Positions 56,441 through 64,000 of a stretch of 64,000 nucleotides of DNA are shown here, piece by piece (positions within the stretch are counted from its first letter, which is position 1; every line of letters starts with the position of its first letter). The notes below the pieces were generated by a model. The model had not been told where the DNA came from. It did not search any database and worked only from the letters and a program-made list of their open reading frames with translations. Both the position numbers and the translations under genes were made by a program. Source of the DNA: Planctomycetota bacterium (GTDB taxonomy: Bacteria; Planctomycetota; UBA1135); contig JASFYO010000010.1 of the NCBI GenBank assembly GCA_045047305.1, forward strand, positions 19,591-83,590, written 5' to 3'.

Positions 56441-58228
56441 ATGCATCTTGATCACGGCATCATCGGCAACGGCCGAGTTTTGGCGCTTGTCCACCCCGAC
56501 AGTAGCGTGGATTGGAGCTGCATGCCCCGCTTCGACTCGCCTTCGCTTTTTGCGCGGATCCTAGATGAACAGGAAGGTGGTACTTGGCAATTCTTAACCG
56601 ACGGCATCCTGCAAGAGGGCGAACTGAAGTATGTGCGTAACACCAATGTGCTACGCCATGTTTTCCACAGTGAAAGTGGTAGCTGGGAGCTGTTCGATTT
56701 TATGCCACGCATACCAGATGGTTTGCGGCATAGAACTCCATTGTGCCACGTACGTTTGCTGCGTCCGCTCAGTGGACGCCCCCGAATCAAAGTGAACTTC
56801 GATCCACGCCCGGATTATGGACGCACCAAACCAAAGTTATTCCCCGATGGTTCCGGGCTAAACTTCGAATCCAATGGACAACGTTGGTCTTTGCAAACCA
56901 ACTTGCCAGTCGACTACGTGTTGTCCGGGCAAGAATTCACTTTGGATGCACCAAGATTTTTCAAGTTAGATTACGGTCTTCCTGGTGAACCCCAGCATAT
57001 CGATGACATCCACCGCAGCCTTGACCTCACCATTGCTGGCTGGCGTTTATGGGCAAGCAATACTTCGATTCCAGGCTTTGCCGATGCCGACGTCATCCGC
57101 TCGGCCCTATGCCTCAAGCTTCACGCCTATGAGCCGACCGGTGCCATCATTGCTGCCGCCACCACTAGCATTCCAGAAATGCTCGGCGAACCGCGCTGTT
57201 GGGATTACCGTTTTTGCTGGCTGCGCGATTCCGTTTTCACCGTAGAAGCCCTGCGACGCCTGGCCCACTTTGGCGAGGGGCGCCAATTCCTTCGGTTCTT
57301 GCTCGATGTAGTCGAATCCGGTCCATTGCAACCTTTGTATGGGATTGGAGGCGAACGCGAACTTCCAGAATCAGAACTCTCTCACCTGGAGGGTTTCGAA
57401 AGCACCAGCCCAGTACGTATCGGCAATGCAGCGGCTGCACAGTATCAAGCCGACCTCATGGGTGAAGTCGTGCTTTGCATTCGATCGATGCTGATTGATC
57501 AACGCTCTGACTTGCGCGATCCCAGCCAATGGTACCCACTAGTGGCGCGTATGGTAGATGAAGCGATTGATGGCTTCGACAAGGAAGACATGGGCATTTG
57601 GGAGTACCGCGGAAAACCAATGCTGCATACTTTTTCGCGTGCCATGTGTTGGGCTGCCGTCGATGCAGGTGCCGACATTGCCGAACACTTCGACCATCAG
57701 GAACAAGCCGATGCTTGGCGTTTAGTCGCTGCAAGTATGCGCGACCGCTTGCTTGCCGAATCCTACAACCAAGAACTCGGCATGTTCCAACAAGCAGTGG
57801 ATTGCCCACACGCCGATGCTGCACTTCTACTGTTGCCGTCCATCGGCTTCATTGCAGCAACCGATCCGCGCTTTCTCTCCACTCTAGATGCCTACAAAGA
57901 ACGCTTGGTCCGTGAAGGCGGAGTGATGCGTTATGTGCACGAAGATGACTTTGGCACCCCCACCACCAGCACTTTCACCATTTGCAGTTTTTGGTGGATT
58001 GAAGCTCTTGCTCTGGCCGGGCGCCTGGACGAAGCCGTAGAAATGTTTGAAATCATTCGCAGCCAATCCAATAAACTTGGATTGTTCAGCGAGGACTATT
58101 GTGTCAAGGCTCAACGCCTCCTTGGCAATTTCCCGCAGGCTTACACGCATGTGGGCCTAATTAACGCAGCCATGACCCTCGGAAACCTGTTGCGCGCCCG
58201 CGATAGTCAGTTCCACGCTTGGAGCTAA
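56441..58228 (+). CDS. Glycoside hydrolase family 15 (trehalase/glucoamylase-like)
   Basis: GIIGN, DW-C-PRFDSPSLF, TGAIIAAATTSIPE, WDYRFCWLRDS, GIWEYRG, F-ICSFW, GLFSED, GNFPQAYTHVGLI. Confidence 0.93.
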   Translation: MHLDHGIIGNGRVLALVHPDSSVDWSCMPRFDSPSLFARILDEQEGGTWQFLTDGILQEGELKYVRNTNVLRHVFHSESGSWELFDFMPRIPDGLRHRTPLCHVRLLRPLSGRPRIKVNFDPRPDYGRTKPKLFPDGSGLNFESNGQRWSLQTNLPVDYVLSGQEFTLDAPRFFKLDYGLPGEPQHIDDIHRSLDLTIAGWRLWASNTSIPGFADADVIRSALCLKLHAYEPTGAIIAAATTSIPEMLGEPRCWDYRFCWLRDSVFTVEALRRLAHFGEGRQFLRFLLDVVESGPLQPLYGIGGERELPESELSHLEGFESTSPVRIGNAAAAQYQADLMGEVVLCIRSMLIDQRSDLRDPSQWYPLVARMVDEAIDGFDKEDMGIWEYRGKPMLHTFSRAMCWAAVDAGADIAEHFDHQEQADAWRLVAASMRDRLLAESYNQELGMFQQAVDCPHADAALLLLPSIGFIAATDPRFLSTLDAYKERLVREGGVMRYVHEDDFGTPTTSTFTICSFWWIEALALAGRLDEAVEMFEIIRSQSNKLGLFSEDYCVKAQRLLGNFPQAYTHVGLINAAMTLGNLLRARDSQFHAWS

Positions 58229-58331
58229 GCGAGCTCGACTCGATCCGGTAATTCGCCCTTTCCTTACCAAGATCTATGTTCTCGCGTCAATGAGAAGCAA
58301 GAGTTACAGGTACGGAGGTTAAGATACTAGG

Positions 58332-58682
58332 GTGAAAATCCTCTTCCCGATGTTGGTTCTCCTCGGACTCGTGGCCTGCACTATGCGTGGCCAGCCCGAG
58401 CCAGGGGCTTCTGGCGCTGAAATCTTTGCCGTGTCAGGTTGTATTAGCTGCCACGGTGAAGACCGCTCTGGCACCGGCTCTGGGCCAAACTTGCAGAAGC
58501 TAAGTGAGCACTGGCAAAGCCCACTACTCGCAAGTTACCTTGCAAATCCAAAGGACTGGATCGCAAAGGATCAACGTCTACAAGAGCTCGACAATCAGTT
58601 CAGCTCTTCCATGCCCAGCTTCGACAACTTGAACCTGCAGGAACGAGAGCGCTTAGCGCACTGGCTGCTTACCTCAAACTAG
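58332..58682 (+). CDS. Monoheme cytochrome c lipoprotein
   Basis: Lipobox LVA-C; GAEIF-GCISCHG, GPNL, distal Met in SSMP. Confidence 0.85.
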   Translation: MKILFPMLVLLGLVACTMRGQPEPGASGAEIFAVSGCISCHGEDRSGTGSGPNLQKLSEHWQSPLLASYLANPKDWIAKDQRLQELDNQFSSSMPSFDNLNLQERERLAHWLLTSN

Positions 58683-60591
58683 CTTCTGCATTTTGCAGAA
58701 GGCGGTTTGGGCCGACGCGTTCGGTCACACCGCAGTCGTCGAGAAACTCCAGCAATGGCATCACGTATTTACGCGTGGTCCCAAACTGATCGCGTAGGGC
58801 GGGGATATCCATACCTCCGCCTTGCAGCTGCCCAACCACCGCTAGTCGGAATGCATCGACCGAATCAAAGTCGAAAATGAGACCCTGACTTGGCTGCACC
58901 GCTTGCCCGCTATCGAGCAAATAGCCACGGCAGGCATCGACTAGATCGGCAGGCAGTCCGCTCTGCGCGACGACATCTTTCCAGTCCATGGGCACTAGGC
59001 CTCCGGACTTCAATACCGTTCGAATTTTGACGGCCGCCGCGACCACTTCCTCGGAAGCACTGGCCTCGGTCATCACCCACTGCTCACCGCGGCGGCGTTG
59101 CAGCCCAATCATTTCCAATTGGGAATCCGGCATCTTCTCCACCACTTTCCAGCCTTTCTTGCCAAGGCGATCGCGGAAGCGTTGAATCGGAATCATCAGG
59201 CGGCCGGGGTTCTTGCCACGGAAGTTCTCGATCACACCTTGGATTTCTCCCATCATCGCCTGGGCACTTCCAGCTGCCACATAAAGTGCAGTACCAACCT
59301 TCTGCACCTTTTTCGCCTCGGCTAACTCATCCAGCAACTTGGTGGTTGCAGAAACCGTCCAGCCAAGCTCCGGCGCCAACTCCGACGCCTTCTTTGGCGC
59401 ACCATCGCCACGCTCTAGTTGCAGCACTAACATGGCTTCGGGGTCATCTAAAGCTGCACGTACTTTGATGCAGTAATCGCGTTCCTCAGTATCCTTTTTG
59501 CGCAAACGGAACTTGCCGTAACCAAGAAAACGCGCCACCCCGATATTCTTTGCCGGGGACGGACGACGCAGCAAACAGCGTTGCCCTGGAACCAGCGCAA
59601 TCGGATGTTCACATACGATATCGACGAACAACTCTTCCGTTTCCTGATTCGCCGCAAAGTAGATTTTTGCATCTAAGGCCGCAGTGCCTGCCAGCAACTG
59701 CACTTCCGAATCATGCTTTAACTTTGGTGCATCGGGTAAACGCTTGACCGACATGCGGAGTAGAGTCCCGCAGCGGGCGGCTTCTGGAGCCACTAAAACG
59801 GAACCGCGCTCGCAATCGGCTTTGTCTAAATCTGGCAGGTTCAAAGCGGTGCGCAATCCAGCCTCACCGACTTGCGCTTGCCGTCCGTGCACTTGCACGC
59901 GGCGCACACGACTGCGTTTCTCGGCTGGCAACACCACTAAGTCCTGACCGGCTTCAATCTTGCCCGCAGCACAAACCCCAGTGGCAATGGTTCCAGCACC
60001 GTCGATACCGAAGCTGCGTTGAATGGGTAAACGGAAGGCTAAACGTGGATCGGATACTTCCTTGGCACTCAGAGCTAACTCACGCAATGCTGCCCGCAGA
60101 TCCTCGATGCCATCGCCGGTGTGCGCACTCACTGGAAGAATTTTGGCGCCCTCCCAGGCACTGCCTGCAATCAACTCAAGCACTTCCTCCTCCACCAACA
60201 TCAAGGTGTCTTCATCGGCGAGGTCTGATTTGGTCAGTGCAATCATGCCGCAGTCGACGCCGAGCAAGGTGAGCACCTCAAAGTGCTCGCGAGTCTGCAG
60301 CATGACGCCATCGTCACAAGCCACGACCAAAAGAGCAGCGCCCATGCCAGTCGCTCCGGCCACCATTTTGCGCACCAACTTCTCATGGCCGGGGACATCG
60401 ACAAAGCCAAGCTCTAGGCCATCTGGATAGGCATACTGCGCATAACCGAGGTCGATGGTGATGCCGCGGTCTTTTTCCTCCTGCCAGCGGTCCGGGTGGG
60501 TGCCACACAGAGCTTCCACCAAGGCAGATTTGCCATGGTCAATGTGTCCAGCAGTACCAATCACTACAGGTACGGGATGAACTTCAGTCAC
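58669..60591 (-). CDS. selB: Selenocysteine-specific translation elongation factor SelB
   Basis: [47 protein letters not shown]-terminal winged helix [25 protein letters not shown]. Confidence 0.95.
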   Translation of the reverse strand: MTEVHPVPVVIGTAGHIDHGKSALVEALCGTHPDRWQEEKDRGITIDLGYAQYAYPDGLELGFVDVPGHEKLVRKMVAGATGMGAALLVVACDDGVMLQTREHFEVLTLLGVDCGMIALTKSDLADEDTLMLVEEEVLELIAGSAWEGAKILPVSAHTGDGIEDLRAALRELALSAKEVSDPRLAFRLPIQRSFGIDGAGTIATGVCAAGKIEAGQDLVVLPAEKRSRVRRVQVHGRQAQVGEAGLRTALNLPDLDKADCERGSVLVAPEAARCGTLLRMSVKRLPDAPKLKHDSEVQLLAGTAALDAKIYFAANQETEELFVDIVCEHPIALVPGQRCLLRRPSPAKNIGVARFLGYGKFRLRKKDTEERDYCIKVRAALDDPEAMLVLQLERGDGAPKKASELAPELGWTVSATTKLLDELAEAKKVQKVGTALYVAAGSAQAMMGEIQGVIENFRGKNPGRLMIPIQRFRDRLGKKGWKVVEKMPDSQLEMIGLQRRRGEQWVMTEASASEEVVAAAVKIRTVLKSGGLVPMDWKDVVAQSGLPADLVDACRGYLLDSGQAVQPSQGLIFDFDSVDAFRLAVVGQLQGGGMDIPALRDQFGTTRKYVMPLLEFLDDCGVTERVGPNRLLQNAEASLR

Positions 60592-60608
60592 GGGTATGAT
60601 GAGGGGTC

Positions 60609-61544
60609 ATGATTAGCAAGCAGGCACCGGTCCACACGCTTGGGCGTAGTTTAAAGCACCGCTACGGGCGGCGCTTAAGGCGTGTGATGCTGGATTTGGG
60701 GCTCACTTGTCCTAACCGCGACGGCAACACCGGTTACGGAGGATGCATCTATTGCGATTTGTCCGGAAGCGGCACTGGAGCGGCCAAACGCGAGGAAACT
60801 CTGACCACGCAGTGGGAATCCGGCCTGGCGCGGGCGCGTAAGGTGAATCCGGAAGGACAAGCGGCGATTATCTACTTCCAGTCCTACTCCAACACCTATC
60901 CAGACCTGACTCCCCTCGCCGAGGCTCTGGAGCAAATGAAGGAATGGGCCGACGTCGCACCGATTCTGGCGATTGGCACGCGGCCGGATTGCTTCAGTGA
61001 AGAAGCTGCCGATTTATTGGCCGCGCAGAAGGAATATTTCGATGAGGTGTGGATCGAACTTGGCTTAGAGACTGCCGACGACCACGTGCAGCAAGTCATT
61101 CGCCGCCACGACACCTTGGAGAACTTCCACATCGCATGTGAGCGTGCTGGAGAGCGAGGATTGCATCGCATCGCGCATTGCATTGCTGGTTTGCCCGAAG
61201 AGAAAGCGGATGGCTTGTTGCGCCAGGTGGAGGAAATCGCCAAAGCGGGTTGCGAGGGCATCAAATTTCATCAGATGATGGTGTTGCGTAAAACCAAACT
61301 CGCCAAGATGTGGATGGACGGGAACTTAGAGCTACTGCCCGCGGAGGAATATGTGCAGATGGTGGCCGATGCGCTGGAAATGCTGCCTCCGGAGGTCATC
61401 ATTCATCGTTTGGTGGCAGAGGCTCCAGAAGAGGAGTATCTGGCGCCGAAACCTTGGCCAGGACGTCAAAAGGTACATTCTTTGATTGAACAGGAACTGT
61501 TAAGACGCAAAAATCACCAGGGCTCGCGGATTTCAGCGCATTAA
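60609..61544 (+). CDS. TIGR01212 (YhcC-like) radical SAM protein
   Basis: TCPNRDG-GGCIYC, YFQSYSNTY, IGTRPDC, ELGLET, R-H, GIKFH, IHRL. Confidence 0.9.
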   Translation: MISKQAPVHTLGRSLKHRYGRRLRRVMLDLGLTCPNRDGNTGYGGCIYCDLSGSGTGAAKREETLTTQWESGLARARKVNPEGQAAIIYFQSYSNTYPDLTPLAEALEQMKEWADVAPILAIGTRPDCFSEEAADLLAAQKEYFDEVWIELGLETADDHVQQVIRRHDTLENFHIACERAGERGLHRIAHCIAGLPEEKADGLLRQVEEIAKAGCEGIKFHQMMVLRKTKLAKMWMDGNLELLPAEEYVQMVADALEMLPPEVIIHRLVAEAPEEEYLAPKPWPGRQKVHSLIEQELLRRKNHQGSRISAH

Positions 61545-61606
61545 TCCCTTTCCACCACAATAAAATCCATTTTGTTGATGGAAAAGCCAAGCCAGATGCG
61601 CATTCC

Positions 61607-62053
61607 ATGCAGATGCGCTCCTACATCACAATCTTGCTCCTCGGATGGCCTCTTTTGGCAGCCTGCTCCAGCTCGGAGCCCCTTCCAACCGCCGATTTTG
61701 GCCCCGCCCTTGACGCCTTTGGCGAGGAAGGCGCGGTTCTAGATTTAGTGGAAGGACTGCCCGCCTCCTTTTTGGTAGGCGATGCCATCGAAATTGAAAA
61801 CCTGCTGGCCATTCGCTCCTCGCTAGCCCAACAATCAGAAACCACCAATACCCTGATTCAATGTGCGGAGTTGAACGAGTTGAGTTTTACCGGCCTAGCC
61901 GATGAGGTCCTAGAAGCAGCCCTGGAAGACGGTGGTCCGATCCTACTTGATCGTGTAGGCACCACTGCTGCCAGCCTGCGACAAGGCCTGCATGGAGTCC
62001 TGCTGGTCACGGTGGATGATGAAGGTGCCATCGTTAGCGCCAAAGAAATGTAA
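61607..62053 (+). CDS. Hypothetical lipoprotein
   Basis: Lipobox LLAA-C; acidic mature part. Confidence 0.7.
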   Translation: MQMRSYITILLLGWPLLAACSSSEPLPTADFGPALDAFGEEGAVLDLVEGLPASFLVGDAIEIENLLAIRSSLAQQSETTNTLIQCAELNELSFTGLADEVLEAALEDGGPILLDRVGTTAASLRQGLHGVLLVTVDDEGAIVSAKEM

Positions 62054-62058
62054 ATCCT

Positions 62059-63198
62059 GTGACTATTCCATCCACCCCGCACCAATTCGACGTCGCCATC
62101 ATTGGCGGCGGGCCAGCCGGAATGGCATGCGCGTGGAAGACGGCAAACTCTGGGTTAAGCACCCTGCTGTTTGAGCCGAAACTAGGCCCCATCGAAAAGC
62201 CCTGTGGCGAAGGCATCATGCCAGGTGCCTTAGATGTATTAGACGCCATGGGAGTTCCGCACCAGCTCGAAGTCTGTCGCCCTTTCCCAGGCATCCGCTA
62301 TTTTGTACCTGGAGCGCAACCTTTAGCGATTGACTTTCCAATGTCCGGTCGTGCTTATTCTCGCCCGGTACTAGATTCTCTAATGCGCGAACGACTAGAT
62401 TCCACAGTGGGATTTACGCGGGTAGGGCAAAAAGCAAAAGTGGAACGTCTTTCGGGAGCATTTCAAATCACCTCAGCGGAGGGGACCGTATTCCACGCAA
62501 AATGGTTAATCGTTGGCGATGGCGCCGGCGGTCAAACGGCACGCTGGATGCGCGGCCCATCCGAACTGCTAGGCCCACGCCTTGGGCTCCGCACCCGACA
62601 CCAAGACGTGCGCGGCTTGGATCGGGTAGAGATCCATATGGGACAGGGAGTAGATTTTTACATGACTCCGCTCCCTGGTGGCATCGTCAATGCTGCGCTC
62701 ATGATTGAGAATCCACCGCCCGGGGTGCATGGCGCCGAGGACCTATTCTCCTGGGCGCTTGATCGGCACCCTGCGGTTCAAGAACGGCTTGGCACGATGA
62801 CCACCAGCGCTGCATGTGTACCGCTGCAGCATCGTTATCCGCAGCATGTCACCGACGGCAGAGCTTTCCTGATTGGCGATGCCGGAGGCGTGGCCGACCC
62901 CATTTTGGGAACCGGTTTGGCTGTCGCTCTGCGCACAGGATTTCAAGCTGCAGACGCTGTCCTGCAAATCCAGCGAGGCGCTTCTCAAGCCAAAGTAGCG
63001 CACAGTTTTCGTCGCCAAGCCCGCGCGGAACGTGGACCACGGCAGAAGTTGGCGAAGTTGCTTCACTTTGCCTCAACACATGAACGCGTGACCCGTGGAG
63101 CAGTTGCATTTCTTCATCACACTCCAGGATTGGCCAAGCGCCTTGCTGCAACTGCCGCAGGAGTCCGCGTGCAATCAAAGCGCAATATGAAGTCATGA
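62059..63198 (+). CDS. FAD-dependent oxidoreductase (geranylgeranyl-reductase/monooxygenase-like)
   Basis: DVAIIGGGPAG, KPCGEG, R-LD, GDG, IGDAGG-DP-G-G-AL. Confidence 0.88.
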   Translation: MTIPSTPHQFDVAIIGGGPAGMACAWKTANSGLSTLLFEPKLGPIEKPCGEGIMPGALDVLDAMGVPHQLEVCRPFPGIRYFVPGAQPLAIDFPMSGRAYSRPVLDSLMRERLDSTVGFTRVGQKAKVERLSGAFQITSAEGTVFHAKWLIVGDGAGGQTARWMRGPSELLGPRLGLRTRHQDVRGLDRVEIHMGQGVDFYMTPLPGGIVNAALMIENPPPGVHGAEDLFSWALDRHPAVQERLGTMTTSAACVPLQHRYPQHVTDGRAFLIGDAGGVADPILGTGLAVALRTGFQAADAVLQIQRGASQAKVAHSFRRQARAERGPRQKLAKLLHFASTHERVTRGAVAFLHHTPGLAKRLAATAAGVRVQSKRNMKS

Positions 63199-64000
63199 AA
63201 TACCGCGCATGGATCCTCTTGGTAGTGCTACTTGGCTGCCTGATTGGCTTAGCCCGCTATGCCGATGGCTGGTCCACGGATAATCGCGTTGGTATTTGGT
63301 TGCGTGGGCGAGAAGGATTGGAGCAGTACCAAATTCTGCAACAGCGGTTTGGTGGTGATGAAGTCATTATGGTGCGGCTAAAACCATCTTCCAAGGAGGA
63401 CGCTGCCGGGATGCTCGCGGCACGCACCTTGGGCCCGCGGCTTGCCGCCCTACCTTCAGTCATTCAGGTTCTCGACCCATTCCGCTTACCAGGCGCTTCT
63501 CATCCTGGAGCTGAAGATGCTTGGATGGAAGCACAGCAAAGACCCTTAACGCAAACTCTCGACCTCATTGGTTTATCCCCTCTGCACTTTGATTACTTAT
63601 TGCAGCTGGATCCAGGCGTTGACCAAACACAACGCAGCTTGTTGGCCTCCGCTTTGCAGAATTTACGTGTAGAAAGCCGTACGCAAGGTTTGGATCTATA
63701 CATTGCGGGACATCCATTAGTCTCCGCTGCGCTGGACAGCGAATCGAAGCAGGTGCAAAAAGTATTCGCCCCCATGCTAGCCTTAATTGCCATACTTGGC
63801 GTTTGGCTATTACTGCGATCCCTGCCTCTGGCGCTGCTTTCCGCCTTACCGGCACTCTTGGGCGCCTCCTTAATCCGGGCTGCTTACCGGGCATTACATT
63901 GGGATGCCAATCTCATTTTAGTGACAGCAGGCCCTATCATGCTGGTCATCTTACTCGCCAGTGCTTTGCATTTAAGCGGTGCATATTTGCGGCTGCGTGG
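63195..64000 (+). CDS. MMPL/RND-family lipid exporter, truncated at the window edge (absent from the ORF track)
   Basis: ATG at 63195 overlaps the previous stop. Own translation: MKYRAWILLVVLLG...W...YQILQQRFGGDE...LYIAGHPLVSAAL...LLLRSLPLALL; no stop seen. Confidence 0.8.
   Translation, partial: MKYRAWILLVVLLGCLIGLARYADGWSTDNRVGIWLRGREGLEQYQILQQRFGGDEVIMVRLKPSSKEDAAGMLAARTLGPRLAALPSVIQVLDPFRLPGASHPGAEDAWMEAQQRPLTQTLDLIGLSPLHFDYLLQLDPGVDQTQRSLLASALQNLRVESRTQGLDLYIAGHPLVSAALDSESKQVQKVFAPMLALIAILGVWLLLRSLPLALLSALPALLGASLIRAAYRALHWDANLILVTAGPIMLVILLASALHLSGAYLRLR

Noticed and set aside
1..64000. UGA-readthrough selenoprotein or tRNA-Sec in the window, prompted by selB
   Set aside because: The TGA-terminated genes look complete and most stops are ATGA/GTGA coupling junctions; I saw no tRNA cloverleaf in intergenic gaps.
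1..64000. CRISPR arrays, IS elements, prophage, rRNA
   Set aside because: No regularly spaced DNA repeats, transposase/integrase/phage ORFs or rRNA signatures were recognised.

Overview
Gene-dense bacterial chromosome segment, mid-50s % GC by eye. It is probably from a Planctomycetota bacterium, an inference from the HEAT+VWA protein, the prenyltransferase/squalene-oxidase-repeat protein and the signal-peptide style. Most genes are housekeeping or envelope genes: smc, nrdR, mnmE, yidC, nadD, hisS, gluQ, larC, guaAB, aceE-like, rho, selB, a GldAFG-like ABC system, an AmgK/MurU-like pair, and a fused trehalose synthase/phosphatase next to a GH15. I saw no rRNA, tRNA, CRISPR array or transposase. 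Main points of interest: (1) an nrdR - tandem-ATP-cone, apparently catalytically dead class III RNR (NrdD) homologue - smc operon preceded by an NrdR box; (2) a TonB receptor - periplasmic CobN-like chelatase - ExbB - DUF2149 operon resembling the Bacteroidota hmu system; (3) a two-component system whose sensor domain carries a copy of the repeat that makes up the adjacent acidic secreted protein; (4) a lipoprotein glutaminyl-cyclase-like enzyme together with many exported proteins whose predicted mature chain starts with Gln; (5) many TAnnnT -10 boxes 5-8 nt before start codons, suggesting leaderless transcription. All calls come from reading motifs by eye; no database searches were run.
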